This document shows, one piece after another, positions 12,570-24,924 of a stretch of DNA of 64,000 nt. Under the pieces are notes generated by a model that was given only the letters and a program-made list of their open reading frames with translations, made no database searches and was not told the origin of the DNA. The DNA lies in NCBI GenBank assembly GCA_010909165.1, contig VJWM01000119.1, positions 372,001-436,000 of the forward strand. Reading direction: 5' to 3'. The first letter of the stretch is position 1. Each line of letters opens with the position of its first letter. Origin of the DNA: Anthoceros angustus. Taxonomy: Eukaryota > Plantae > Anthocerotophyta. A program made the translations under genes and the position numbers.

Positions 12570-13900
12570 AGGTAATTTGTACATTGCAAGCCCGCCAGAC
12601 GCCATGTCCTCGCCACTTGCATGTCCCGACACATCCTTTGTCGCCATCAAAGAATCGCTGGTGTTCACATTCACGACGGTCTTGGCTTGACGCTCACTTA
12701 CCCTCGCAAGAATGCAATTGGAGGAAGCGGTGCCACCTCCGGCATGCAACGGCGCATCGTGGTCCGGGACATAGTAGTCGTTGTCGCCCTCCTCGTCTAC
12801 CCCATAGCGGGCGGCCCTACCAGCCACCGACGCTCCTCCTCCGGAAGGCCTCCGCGGACGTGGCTGCTATGTCATCGCCTCCCGACCTCATTTTCCTCAC
12901 CTGCAAGTTCCACACCAACGAAAGTCGCCACTGTCCTCATGGTGGCATGAATCTGCGTGCAAGGAATGTATGTGCCAAGGGTTCGTGGTATCCAACTCAC
13001 TACCGTCCCGGAGCTCCAACATGTACCTCTTGTAGAAGCCCCACTTCTCCTTCCGCCTGTGGTGCTCGATCCGGCCCACACCCACATCCCCACCCACCAC
13101 CCACGCCTGCTATGTTCGCCACGGCCCCTCGAAATTGCGCAGCCGCAATCGCAAGCACAATGCATCCAAATCCCTTCACATGACAACCAAGATGCACCTT
13201 ACGATTGTGCAGATGGCCCCGTGTGAAGTTCCTACTGCTCTCTCTACCGGTTCAGTCCTCCTCCACTAGGTTGTGCTCCGCAACAATCGGACCGAATCCG
13301 CTGCGGGTGACCAAACTCTGCACCGCCTCCGCACGCCCCAGATTGTTCCCCGCTTGTTGTCCTCGAGCACCGCCCACGTTATGTAGCGTGGCCCCATCTA
13401 TGGCGCGTGCACCACGAAGTGGAACATGTACATCTTGTCGACCGCAAAGAAAGCACTCGCACCCGTTAGCTCCTCTGCGTTCTCCTGCGGCATTTGGACT
13501 CGGTGACCACCATGGGGACCAAGTTCCCTCAACACTCACGATCCATGTGCCACATGTACATCGGTGTTACATTAGGTATCTTGCACCCGAATCTTGCTGC
13601 GCGCATTTCCATGGCCTCGGTGCATGGCTCATAATCTTTGCCGTCACACCTTCTCGGCACGGCGGCCCGGCCCCATCTCCCCTCCGCCTGCACAATCCGC
13701 ACTCCCAATTCACCACCGCGTGATGGTCACATTTTGTAGGATGAGGTTGCGGGCGTCTTCTAGTGTTCTCGGCGGACCCGTAGCATCCTCTCCATCCGGC
13801 ACCGTGCAGCCACCTCCTCAACGTCCGCGGTGCATCCCGGCTCGCTGCGAGCCCTTCAATGTCCGTCCGCCTCCTCCGCCCCTCTGCGATGTTCCTCAAA
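12570..13900 (-). pseudogene. DDE integrase/transposase (rve integrase-core, IS3EU-type), most complete copy, intron-containing and frameshifted as assembled
   Basis: Motifs occur in order: HTH-like LAASRDAPRTLRRW; GELGVRIVQA; EAMEMRAAR; PMYMWHMD (D 13541-13543); [intron GTGAGT]; KMYMFHFVVH-AIDGAT-YITWAVLEDNK; FGHPQRIRSD (D 13286-13288); HNRK-[intron]-IEH (E 13065-13067); ELDTTNPWHIHSLH-FMP; WNLxVRKMR; YGVD. This mirrors the eukaryotic integrase-core consensus WHIDGNHKL-FVIHGGIDG-YGxPxRVRSD-HNQRIER-LDPxNxxHxxxLH-WNxHxLR-YGID. Confidence 0.85.
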
Positions 13901-13939
13901 GTCTCCACTTGAAGGGCAGCCTCCCGACTGCCTTTCCAC

Positions 13940-16510
13940 ACCCTCCGCCCGCCTGCTTGTGCCTCGAGTGCACTGCTCGCCTCCACCTCCGACACTTCGC
14001 TTCCTCCGCCGTCCTCCCCATCCCTCCCCGCCCCGCGCCTCGGCCCCATCTCCCCTCCCTTCCAAGACGCCATCTCCCCTCCGCCCGCCCGCCACCCACG
14101 CCATCCGCTCGGCGCCTCGACCCCCGTCCCTCCTTGCCACCTCGCGTTGCCTCGCCCCTCCGCCCCAGCTCGCTCCGATGTGCGCCCTCGTCCCGGCCCC
14201 TCCGCCTGCTCGCTCCGATGTGCGCCCTCGTCCCGGCCCCGCGCCCGTCCCTCGCACCGGTTCGGCCCGGCCCCTCCTCCCACCCCGCGCCCGCCCGCCC
14301 GCCCCGCCCTCCTCCGGAAGGCCTCCCGGCCCCGCGCCCTCGCTCGTCCCTCGGACCCGGCCCCGCCCCTCGCCCGCTCCCTCCGCCCGCCTCCGCCCCG
14401 CGCCCGTCCCGCCCTCCTCCCCTCCTCCGCCCGCCCCGCCTCCTCCTCCCCACGGCTCCGGCGTCCGAAATTGCGCAGCCGCAATCGCAAGCACAATGCA
14501 TCCAAATCCCTTCACATGACAACCAAGATGCACCTTACGATTGTGCAGATGGCCCCGTGTGAAGTTCCTACTCTCCGGCCGCCTGGTTCAGTCCTCCACT
14601 AGGTTGTGCTGCAATCGGACCGAATCCGCTGCGGGTGACCAAACTCTGCACCGCCTCCGCAGACGCCTGTAGATTGTTCCCGCCCCGCTTGTTGTCCTCG
14701 AGCACCGCCCACGTTATGTAGTGCGTGGCCCCATCTATGGCGGCACCTCAAGTGGAACATGTACATCTTGTCGACGCAGCAAAGCACTCGCACCGTTAGC
14801 TCCCTCTGCGTTCTCCTGCGGCATTTGGACTCGACCACCATGGGGACCAAGTTCCTCAACACTCACCATGTGCCACATGTACATCTGTTCGTGCGGTATC
14901 GCACCACGAATGCGCACCGCGGCGCATTTCCATGGCCTCCTACCGCATGGCTCGCAATGCGCCGCCACCGCCTCCGCCTCCTCCTGCCGATGCACACCGC
15001 CTCGCACCGCCCCGCACAATCCGCACTCCCAATTCACACCGCCGCGTGATGGTCACATTTTGTAGGATGAGGTTGCACGCCTTCTAGTGTTCTCGGCGGA
15101 CCCGTAGCATCCTCTCCATCCTGGCACTGCCCACCTCCTCAACGTCCGCGGTGCATCCCGGCTCGCTGCGAGCCCTTCAATGTCCGCCCGCCTCCTCCGC
15201 CTCCGCGATGTTCCTCAAAGTCTCCACTTGAAGGGCAGCCTCCCGACTGCCTTTCCACACCCTCCGCCCGCCTGCTTTCAGCTCGAGTGCACTGCTCGCC
15301 TCCACCTCCGACACTTCGCTTCCTCCGCCGTCCTCCCCATCCCTCCCCGCCCCGCGCCTCGGCCCCATCTCCCCTCCCTTCCAAGACGCCATCTCCCCTC
15401 CGCCCGCCTCCACCCCGCCCTCCTCCGCCCGCCCCTCGCCTCGGCCCCATCTCCCCTCCTTGCCACCTCGCGTTGCCTGCAGCCCTCCGCCCCAGCTCGC
15501 TCCCGTCTGCGCCCGTCCCGGCCCCTCCGCCTGCTCGCTCCGATGTGCGCCCTCGTCCCGGCCCCGCAGCCCTCCGCCTCGCACCGGTTCTCGGAGGCGG
15601 CCCGGCCCCTCCTCCCACCCCGCGCCCGCCCGCCCGCCCCGCCCCTCCGCCCGGCCCCGCCCCGCGCCCTCGCCTCCCTCCGCCCGCCTCCGCCCCGCGC
15701 CCGTCCCGCCCCTCCTCCCCTCCTCCCCTCCGCCCACGCCTCCGCCCGCCACCCCGCCCCTCGCCCGCCCCTCCTCCCCTCCTTGCCTCCGCCGCCCGCC
15801 CGCCCGCCCCGCGCCTCGCCTCCCGATGTGCGCCCTCGCCCGCCTGCCCTCCGCCCCTCCGCCCGCCCCTCGCCCGCCCCGCGCCTGCCTCGCACCCGCC
15901 CGCCTGCCCTCCGCAATTGAAACGCCTCCTCCGCCTCGCACCTTCCTCCCACCGCGCCTCGGCCCCCGCCTCCGCCGCCTCGCACCCGCCCCGCGCCCGC
16001 CTCCCTCCGCCCGCCCCGCCGGCCCCGCCTCCTCCTCCTCCCACCCCGCCCCGCCCCGCCTCCGCCCATCCCATCCTCCAACCCCTTCCGCCGCCCCGCC
16101 TCCGCCGCCTCCACTCCGCCCGCCCCTCGCCTCCACCCCGCCTCCTGCCGATGCACACCGCCTTGGCCTTCATCGCGCGCCTCCACCCCGCCCCGCCGTC
16201 GCTCAGTCCATCCCCTCAAGGCAATGGAACCCCGTCCGTTCTCTGCGGCGTCCCCATGCTTCTGCGGGTGTTCGCGTGCTGGTGCTATCCTCCCCATCCC
16301 TCCGCCCCGCGCCCGCCCGCCCCCTCCGCCCATCCCATCCTCCAACCCCTTCCGCCACCCCGCCCCGCCTCCTCCCCTCCCTCCTCGTCATGACCATCCC
16401 TCCTGCCGATGCACACCGCCGTCTTGGCCTTCATCGCTGCCGCCTCCACCCCGCGCCCGCCGTCCATCGCCTCAAGGCAATGGAACCCCGTCCTCGCCTC
16501 CGCCCGCCCC
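13940..16510. repeat. C-rich low-complexity tracts (13940-14460, 15250-16510; also 18760-19085)
   Basis: Runs of CCGCCC/CCTCCGCC. 13940-14460 is largely re-used in 15250-15720. Confidence 0.8.
14455..15250 (-). pseudogene. Second copy of the integrase N-terminal and core region
   Basis: Encodes QMYMWHM, DKMYMFH, AIDGAT, AEFGHPQRIRSD and HNRK. Near-identical to about 13135-13930. Confidence 0.75.
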
Positions 16511-17461
16511 ATGCTTCCCGCAGTGTTCCGCGGCTAGCCTCCCCACGGCTGTCGTCTTCGTTGCGCGGTCCCGGCAGCGATTCACTACTTGGAGCGGTGG
16601 TGGGTTCGGCCGGGCGATCCACTTGTTGTGGCTTTCAACGCCGTGGTTTGCGAATCGACATCCGTATGTCACATTATTCCGCCTTCACGCAGGCAAGCTG
16701 CACGAGATGAATGGCATGTGCCTTATTCAATTGGGTCGATTCGGGATGATAGGCACCCCATGCGAAGGACATTGATGCACGCCGTCCTTTCCACAAATCC
16801 ACGACACAATGTTCTCTCAAATGTCCCCACCCCACCATTTTCCCTCGCTTTCCACCCCACAACTCTCGGTGATAGGAGCGATGGTGTGTGCACGTTGAAC
16901 AGAAACACGAGACTCTTTGTACCACGCAGCCCCCGAACACTAGGGAATTTCGGGCTCCCATATACTGCGCAGTGCTCGAGGATGACGTGAGCACCGCAAC
17001 GCCTCCTCTTGACAAAGCTCACGGCCTTCTCCGGTACAACACATATGCCTCCCGTTGTCAAGTAGAAAAGGCAACCGACATTGCGGATCGGCGGCACCCG
17101 TCCTCGCCTCGGCGGGCAATTACCATCCGCCCGCCACCCGCCCGCCGACCCGCCCGCCAACATGCCCATCTCGTCCATTGCCGGTCCACACATCTATGCG
17201 GAACCGTCGTGGAGTCCGTACCGTATGCACCAGGTGTGCATCCCCACTCCACCCGGCGCCCGCCCGCCGCGCCTTTGCGATTCTGCGCGCATGCTCCTTT
17301 TCAGACCATGCATGGCACTCCGCGATTGCGATGCGAGCATCGTGTCCACCGTCGCATTGTACACGTCGCCGACATCGAACCCGACCACACAGTGACCATC
17401 GTCACCAAGCACACCATGACTTAGTGGCATCGGCCTCACCACACCACCATTCTTTGGAATA

Positions 17462-18076
17462 TTACGAGCGGCGGCGGCTCCGCCGCCGCATCCCCTTCTC
17501 CTTTCGCGTTGGACCCGCACCAACCCACCAATCCGCCGTTGGCGGCTCCATCGCCTTCCGCATCCCCTTGTCCTTCCGCGTTGGACCCGCACCAACCCAC
17601 CAATCCGCTGTTGGCTGCGGCTCCTTGTTCCTCGCAGCCCTCCGCAATTGAAACGCCTCCATGTGCTGGAATTGGTATCCTTGGTGCATGTGCTCTAACC
17701 CCTGGCCGTCCACAATCTGCATTGCCCACCTCTCATCCGGGTCATCCTCCAATTCTGGCATGGTTCCATCCCGCGCACGCACCAAAACCACCCACGACTC
17801 CAATCCCGCAGCCCTTGGCTCCTCCAATCTACCATCCAAGATGTGCTGGTGCATGTCCCCAGTCCATCCCCTTGCCAGCCGTCCCCGTATGTCGTGGCGT
17901 TCGCCAACCTGCGCGCCGCCCCGCCCACGCCCAATTACATCGCCTTCTTGTTCGGCGGTCATCCACGCGCTATGCCCGCCACCCGCCTTGCCCTCGTCCT
18001 CCCACGCCCCATGTACCTCCTGCGTTCCGCCGTACGCATCCGTCGCGCCTTCATGTGGCGCCAACCGCAAAACCAC
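17462..18076 (-). CDS. Putative unknown transposon-internal ORF with an internal 24-aa duplication
   Basis: Protein-like stretch (MPELEDDPDERWAMQIVDGQGLEHMHQGYQFQHMEAFQLRR) and PTADWWVGAGPTRKxKGMR twice (72-bp repeat). Lies on the same strand as the HECT and integrase genes. Confidence 0.3.
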   Translation of the reverse strand: MVLRLAPHEGATDAYGGTQEVHGAWEDEGKAGGGHSAWMTAEQEGDVIGRGRGGAQVGERHDIRGRLARGWTGDMHQHILDGRLEEPRAAGLESWVVLVRARDGTMPELEDDPDERWAMQIVDGQGLEHMHQGYQFQHMEAFQLRRAARNKEPQPTADWWVGAGPTRKDKGMRKAMEPPTADWWVGAGPTRKEKGMRRRSRRRS

Positions 18077-19347
18077 CCGCCCCGCCCGGCCCCGCCCCGC
18101 CTCGTGGCTTCATTCCCCGCTGTGAATAACTGCTATCCACCCCCCTGCCGACACTTTGCCCCTCTCCCACGCCCACCCCGCACGCACCAAAACCACCCCA
18201 CGCCCAATCCCGCAGCCCTTGGCTCCTCCAATCGCCTCCAAGATGTGCTGGTGCATGTCCCCACCCCACCCGCCTTGCCCCTCCAAGATGTGCTGGTGCA
18301 TGTGCTCCAACCTGCGCGCATGAACGCCCAATTACATCGCCTTCTTGTTCGGGCGGTCATCCACGCTATGCCCGCCACCCGCCTTGCCCTCGTCCTCCCA
18401 CGCCCCATGTACCTCCTGCGCGCCGCCCCGCCTCCCGCCCGCCAACCGCAAAACCAACAACAGATCGAGCCATCGCCGCCTCGTGGCTTCATCTCACCGT
18501 GAATAATCGCTATCCACCCCGCCGACACTTTGCCCTCTCCCACGTCCACGCCCGCCCACGCCCACGCACTTCACCCGCCCCGAATTCGGCACGCGGGCCT
18601 CTACCCACGAGATTCCTCGACTTGATGTCGCCTCATGCGTCGTTGCGAGCGCCCTGTCTCTCGGATGACGCGCCATGGTTCCACGATTTACAAAACTTGA
18701 TGTCGCCGTGCTTGAGTCTTCACCCGCCCCGGCGCGCGTATCTGAACTTCCCTCCTGCGCGCCGCCTCGACCAACCTCCCCTCCCCTTCCCCAACCTCCC
18801 GCCCGCCCCGCTCACCGCCCCGCGCCCGCCCACCACCCCGCACTCGCTTGCCACGCACACTCGCCCCGCGCCCCCACGGCCCCGTTCCCGCCCGCCCGGC
18901 CGCCCCGCCTCCGCCCCGGCGCCCCCTCCCCGGCCCCGCTCCCAGGCCCCCTCCCGTCTCCCCTGACCGCCGCCCGCCCGCCCGCCCGCCCCCGCCGCCC
19001 GCCCGCCCGCCCCGCCGCCCGGCCCCGCCCCGCCGGCGCCCCGCGCCCCGCCCGGCGCCCCGCGCCGCCCCGCCGGCGCCCCGCTCTGTTCGCTCCTCCT
19101 GCGGCCGAGCCGCGGTGGTCGGAGATGCCATATCTTCCTTCGTTGTCTTGGTGGAGCGGATAGGAGGAAATAATTTGCCTCGTGGACAATACACTGGCTG
19201 TCGTCGAAGCCATGCATGCCCAAAACTGAACTGAACATTGCTTGACAACAGGGAAGCGTGGCACATTTCGAAAACAGGACGTGGGGACACCCATCACCCA
19301 TACCGCACCGACCTCGCCAATTCCCTACAATCGTTCCGGCAAGTAGG

Positions 19348-20700
19348 CTACGGCATGCCATACACTGTGTTGTGAGAAATGGCAGTGACCACCCTCGCGC
19401 ACATAGTGTCCTCGGAGTCATACAAGGGAAGTAGCAATGTCCCGCTGCACGTCATGGCCGTGGGAAGCTGGCCTGCCGTCTTCAATGGCACTTGGAACAC
19501 CATAATTGGCGCCCCGTCGCCAAAATACACGCGGTCCGTTATGAAGGTGAAAAGTTTAGCTCTCTCTGCAAAAGACAGCCTCCGCACCGTCGCCACGAAC
19601 ATGGTCTTCAACTCCTCACGGCATGCCATACACTGTTGTGAGAAATGGCGTGACCACCGCGCATAGTGTCCTCGAGTCATACAAGGGAAGTAGCAATGTC
19701 CCCGCACGTCATGGCCGTGGGACCTGCCGTCTTCAATGGCACTTGGAACACCATAATTGGCCTGTCCAAAATACACGCGTCCGTTATGAAGGTGAAAAGT
19801 TTAGCTCTCTCGCAAAAGACAGCCCGACCGCCACGATTTAACATGGTCTTCAACTCCTCAGCATGCCTCAAAAGTAATGGCGTTGATGAAGTCATCCATC
19901 CATCCTGTGGGAAAAAAAACTAACCACTTGAGACAACGTGTTCACAATCGCTGTGAGCGCCCTCGCGTCAAGCTATGGACCACTAACGAACCCATCCCCA
20001 ACAAGCCCTCCAACATGCAAGCACTTTTAAATAGACTCCTCACTTCCGCACCAAGCTCACCTCCATGCCGAGTCTGCCCACTCAAGTCGTGCAAAATGTC
20101 CAAAAACTCGGATCCCTGCGATGAGACGGCCTCCTTGATGGCCGCATGTTGGCGGTCAGCACTAGCCGCCGCCTTTTTGAGCATCGATATCACACCCATC
20201 AAGCGAGGGTAACAAGCTTTCATGTCCGCCTTGAATGCTTTTTCATGAAAGCCGACCGGCGCATCTTGCCACACCTTGTGAACACCGCCCACCGGCTCCC
20301 AAGGGCGCTGTGTACATCATCGGGCACCTGCAGCACGGTCGCAAGCACCATGTACACGAGGTAGCCAAAGAAGCGGGCCTTCAAATCAAGGCATGTGCGT
20401 TAGAATGAAAGGATGGCATGTGCGTAAGGAGGAAAGGGTTGATGGTTACCATCAACCTCACACACAATCGCGCCTTACCACAGTTTTGCTCATACGCGAC
20501 ATGGACTTCCCCTTCTTGATGTGGTACTGCGTCTCCGAGCCCCCGAGATGGTCCCTTGCCTCGAACACGCAGTTCATGAACATGGGATTACGCGGTGCCG
20601 CCATGCCTCCCGTCCGGCGTCGAGTCGGCCACCGCGTCACCGTCTCGCCTCGGGCAAGAACCCCCATGCCTCGCGAGTCTTGCGTGAGGCAGGCGTTTCC
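19348..20700 (-). CDS. HECT-domain E3 ubiquitin-ligase-like gene (3' part; frameshifted and partly duplicated as assembled)
   Basis: C-lobe: LSFAERAKLFTFIT...LPTAMTCSGTLLLPLYDSEDTMCARVVTAISHNTVYGMP* (consensus EERxKLLxFVTG...LPTAHTCFNxLxLPxY), catalytic Cys at 19447-19449, aromatic residue at the -4 position. N-lobe-like pieces upstream: ARFFGYLVYMVLATVLQVP, QHAAIKEAV, MLEGLLG. The C-lobe is duplicated at 19619-19860. Confidence 0.8.
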
Positions 20701-20969
20701 GTCGCCATGCTCTGAAGTTCATCTGATGCGCACTCACTTCCACCTCCACTGCGACCTCCAGGCGGTCAAAAGTGCCGTGCTTGGCGAACACGCAGCATGG
20801 CATATAGGCGAATGCAGCGGCTCTTACCTTCAACGGTCGCCTCTTACAAAGCGATCTGCTGTTTGGATGGGTTGGGCGTGGTGTGTGTGAGCGCGAACCG
20901 GCGATAGCGGAGTTCGCCGCATCGTGGGCCTCTTGCGCCACTTCGGGCCGAGGCTTCAAACTCTTGCTC

Positions 20970-23245
20970 ACATGCTTGGCCGCTCCTTTCCGACTGGCAC
21001 TCTCGACCCAATCGCGGTGGTATCGTGTAGGCGTAGCAACTCCTCTTCGTCAAGGGAGTGGCGGAGGTTGGTAGAGGCCCAAGTCTCCAGCAAGTCTTGA
21101 GCTCTATCGCCCGAGGTCGGGCCGGGTCTATGTCTTGAGAGCCTCGCGGCGGGCGTCCGATCGGCTATGAAGCTATCTATTGTCCCGACATCGTAAAGCT
21201 CCAACCCGGCACACCGACAGGTATCCAATCCCTTCCGTGTCTATCCCATGTGCCTTTCTCCATTATCGCGTGGGCGTCCGTCAACAACGCGTGGTCCGGG
21301 TTCCCACCTTGGCACTCCAGATCTTCGCCTCCGCAAGATGGCGAAGAACATTTTCGCCTCGGCGCTCGAGCATTCCGTTTCACGCCGGAAGATGGTGGCG
21401 ACTTTCTTCGCATCCTCCGGGATAACCGCGCATGCCATGCCGCCACAAGCCGCTAAATGCGTCGGGCAATGGGCCGTGCCGGAAAGGCGCGTTCACCGTT
21501 CCGCTGCGGTGTGTTGGGGTGACGCTCACCCGCACCCGGCGGGCGTCGCCGTCCTTTCTTCCGCCCGCTCATTTCCGTGCCGCCTCCCGCAATGCATTGA
21601 GAGCCCCGGTCCGGCGATGTCGCCTTGATGCCACAGTCGGGCGCCGCCTTTCTTCCGCCCGCTCATTTCCGTGCACGCCCGCAATGCATTGAGAGCCCCG
21701 GTCCGGCGATGTCGCCTTGATGCCACAGTCGGGCGCGCCGCCAACGTCCGGCTGCATCCCGAACCATGTCGTCGCTCCACCCGTGACCGTCCCCACCGTC
21801 GCATCCTCTTCCGGCGAACGCACCTCTTCGTCTTCCAACACGCCTTTTGGCGTGGTTACGGAGCATGTCGGCGTCATCGGGATCGGGATCCCACATATAA
21901 CGGCGCACCACGCAAAACGTTAGCGCTCTCGGATGCGGTCTTTGCTGGAGGGAAGAGGAGTGGCTCGCTAGGGCGGCGGTCGGTGCTGCGGCTTGCACCT
22001 TCCGATTTCGATGAAGCGGCGGGCCCAAAGAGTGCGGGCAAGGCGGAAGAGCACCGCGGCGGCGTGGCCGGCGAGTGCGGGCTCGAATTAACCATCGCCC
22101 CACGGGCATGGCGGGGGCGTGCAAGTCGGCAGCAGTGCAATCCGCAACTCAATCCGACAAACCGCCTCTCCCCATCACCGCTTGTCCTAAGTGGATGCCC
22201 TCGTATATGCGATTCTCGGAACCGTGATCTTCAACTTCTTCATGTGCACGCGACCATGCGCGCCGCCGTCCCCTTTCCCGTCTCCCCACGCTGAGACCAT
22301 TATCGGGTGATTCCGACGTTGTGTCAGGGGAATGTTTCAATCGCCGCGCGGACCGTTGCCTCTTCCGGGCGCGGGCGAAGGTGCGTTCTGCGCTTCCCCT
22401 GAGGTTCCTACCCCTGATGCAGCCACCTTGGGAAGTAGACTGCCGGCTACCCGGAGGACCGCCGCCGGCGGGTGTCGCACACCCCGCGGGCCCTGCGTTC
22501 CACGTCTAGCGCAAGTCTGCGGAGGCCGTCGAAGCTAGCACGAAGGAGGGCGTCCCGCGATGGGGGTTACATTGGAAAACATTTTCATCGTCATCGTCGT
22601 CGTGTACCCAATCCTCCAAGATGTCGTCACCGCAATCGTGCACCTCATTCAATCTGCGACGGCGCTCAGGCCTTTCGTCGGTGGCCATGCCTTCAGTGCG
22701 AAGATTGCAGGTTGCACCGGAAATTGGAGATGTCTGCCTGTGAACCGGCTCCGTGAAGAGAGATGTGCAGACAGCGGGCGCGAGAGAAGAATGCCAGTGA
22801 TCTTCCGATGTCATATATCAAACCCTTTTACCTTCCGGGACTGCGGTACGGATCGCCGTTTGCCCGCATGCACACTCTTCCGCAGCCAGAGAGGTCACGG
22901 CCATTACTGCGTAATCGCGCCCCAAATTTTCTCATCCGCTTTTCGGATATGCAATTGGGCGTATATATCTTTGTATGGGAACATGTGCCTGTTTTAAAGG
23001 TTTCAACGCCCGGCGGCCAGCGCGCTTGCCGCCTCCCCAAAGCGGCGGCGGTGGCGAGAGGTCATTAAATGCGCAATGGCGTGAGGAGAGATGCAATGGA
23101 TGGGAGGCTCCGGTAGCCGGGTTCGCAGCGTCCACCCGATACATTATGCACCGCAATGCACGAACAAAGCGCCCATAATCAGCAGTAGGGGCGCGGCGCG
23201 GTAATGACACCGCCATTTCGTCATCTCCGAATATGGGAAATGCCA
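20970..23245 (-). CDS. Putative upstream coding segments, possibly the N-terminal part of the HECT protein
   Basis: Protein-like minus-strand fragments (MAFPIFGDDEMAVSLPRRAPTADYGRFVRALRCIMYRVD; ILEDWVHDDDDDENVF; KKVATIFRRETECSSAEAKMFFAIL; ELYDVGTIDSFI) preceded by an AT-richer region at 23300-23670. Exon structure is unresolved. Confidence 0.35.
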
Positions 23246-23669
23246 TCTTACATGTACGCGGTGCATGTACCCGAGCATGCATATATACCGAGTTAGTCCC
23301 TAGCCTTCGGAAAAATGCCGCTTTGTTTGATTTTTATAACCATCGCACATGGCAAATTTGTCAGATTTTGAGTTGCCACAGCCTTCGTCGCGGGATCGGG
23401 TGAATAGGCCGATTTGTATCACCATCCTTGGGTTTTAGTGTACGGAAGAACAGAATGACCAATTGTTTCAAGTCCAACGTGGAAGGGAGGAAATTTGGAT
23501 GAGGAAAAATGGGAAAAATGCGGACACGTCTCTATCCCTCCACATGATGCATGAGGCATTGGGCGGTGATATGGTGCATATATAGACATATATTTTGTGC
23601 ATGCCTATATATATCGCATGTCCATACATGTATGCACTCTGCATATATACAGTGTATGACATAAAAGTC

Positions 23670-24830
23670 TATATCCTTGGCCTATGGCGAAGGAACTTCA
23701 GCCAAGATGCATGACAACTTGTTAAGTTTTTCCACATTCCTTGGTCTTTGGGAAGGTGGGTATGAAATAAATGTCTATATATGCAAGAAGAAGTAGCTTG
23801 CGGCACCAACCGCCTCTTTCCTTCGCGTATGGCAAGGTTTTCCATCAATCGGGGACAAACGTCATATGCCTTTCCCGAAGGAACCTTTTCTACAATGCAT
23901 GTCAAGTTCTTCTCCGGGTGTTTCCGCCTCTCCCCTTGGTCTTGGCAAACTGTCGAACAACATGTTGGTTTCTCCCATTCCTCCTGCATGTATAGGCATA
24001 TATTTCATATATGTGTCTATGTCTGTATTGCATATTTTCGCATGTGACATGTTATGTACATGAATGATTGAAAACCCTCCTTGGCCTTTGGTAGAAGTTC
24101 TTACAGTTGTTCCATGCAGCCCGGACAAAGTTCCTTGGCCTATGGCGAAGGAACTTTGGCAGATGCATGAACAACTTGCCTCCTTTTTTCCCCAAGTTCT
24201 TCATGTGACATGTTATGTACATGAATGATTGAAAACCCTCCTTGGCCTTTGGTACAAGTGAGACGGCATGCCTTGGTCTTTGAAAGGAAGTTAAATAACA
24301 AAAGTCTATATATCTTTGGAAGAGGGTGAACTTTTTGATGGTGCAAAAGTTGGCTTCCGATTTTCCCAAGGAACAACTTGCGACATGGCAAGTTGTTCCA
24401 TGCACTTTCGGACAAAGTTCCTTGGCCTATGGCGAAGGAACTTTGGCAGATGCATCAAACCTCCTTTTCCAAGTTTCTTTCGCATGTGACATGTTACATG
24501 AATGATTGAAAACCCTCCTTGGCCTTTGGTACAAGTGAGACGGCATGCCTTGGTCTTTGAAAGGAAGTTAAATAACAAAAGTCTATATGGAAGAGGAGAA
24601 CTTTGTACATGATGGTGCAAAAGTTGGCTTCCGATTTTCCCAAGGAACAACTTGCGACATGGCAAGTTGTTCCATGGACAAAGTTCCTTGGCCTATGGCG
24701 AAGGAACTTTGGCGAGATAAACACCTCCTTTTTTCCCCGATGTTTCTTTCCCATATGACATGTTATTTACATGAATGATTGAAAACCTCCTTGGCCTTTG
24801 GTAGTGACCCATGCCTTGGTCTTTGAAAGT
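23670..24830. repeat. AT-richer tandem array (units ~160-290 bp) containing two palindromic hairpin motifs
   Basis: AAAGTTCCTTGGCCTATGGCGAAGGAACTTT at about 24127, 24414 and 24680 (partial at 23674). GGAACAACTTGC-GACATG-GCAAGTTGTTCC at about 24370 and 24644. GACATGTT...CATGAATGATTGAAAACC at about 24046, 24207, 24488 and 24757. Confidence 0.85.
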
Positions 24831-24924
24831 GAGGGGATCGGTGGTGTATAAATCACGTGGAATAGCGAATGTATGGGGAGGCGGTAACTGCGAAGTAGTT
24901 GGCTACATACATGGCGATTTGTTG

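Noticed and set aside
12872-13000. KDZ (Kyakuja-Dileera-Zisupton) transposase motif suggested by ...GVELA(C)GEENE
   Set aside because: This is an off-frame reading. The neighbouring frame gives WNLxVRKMR within a full ordered set of integrase-core motifs.
23670-24830. CRISPR-like array of palindromic repeats
   Set aside because: The intervening sequences are themselves repeated rather than unique spacers, there are no cas genes, and the context is eukaryotic.
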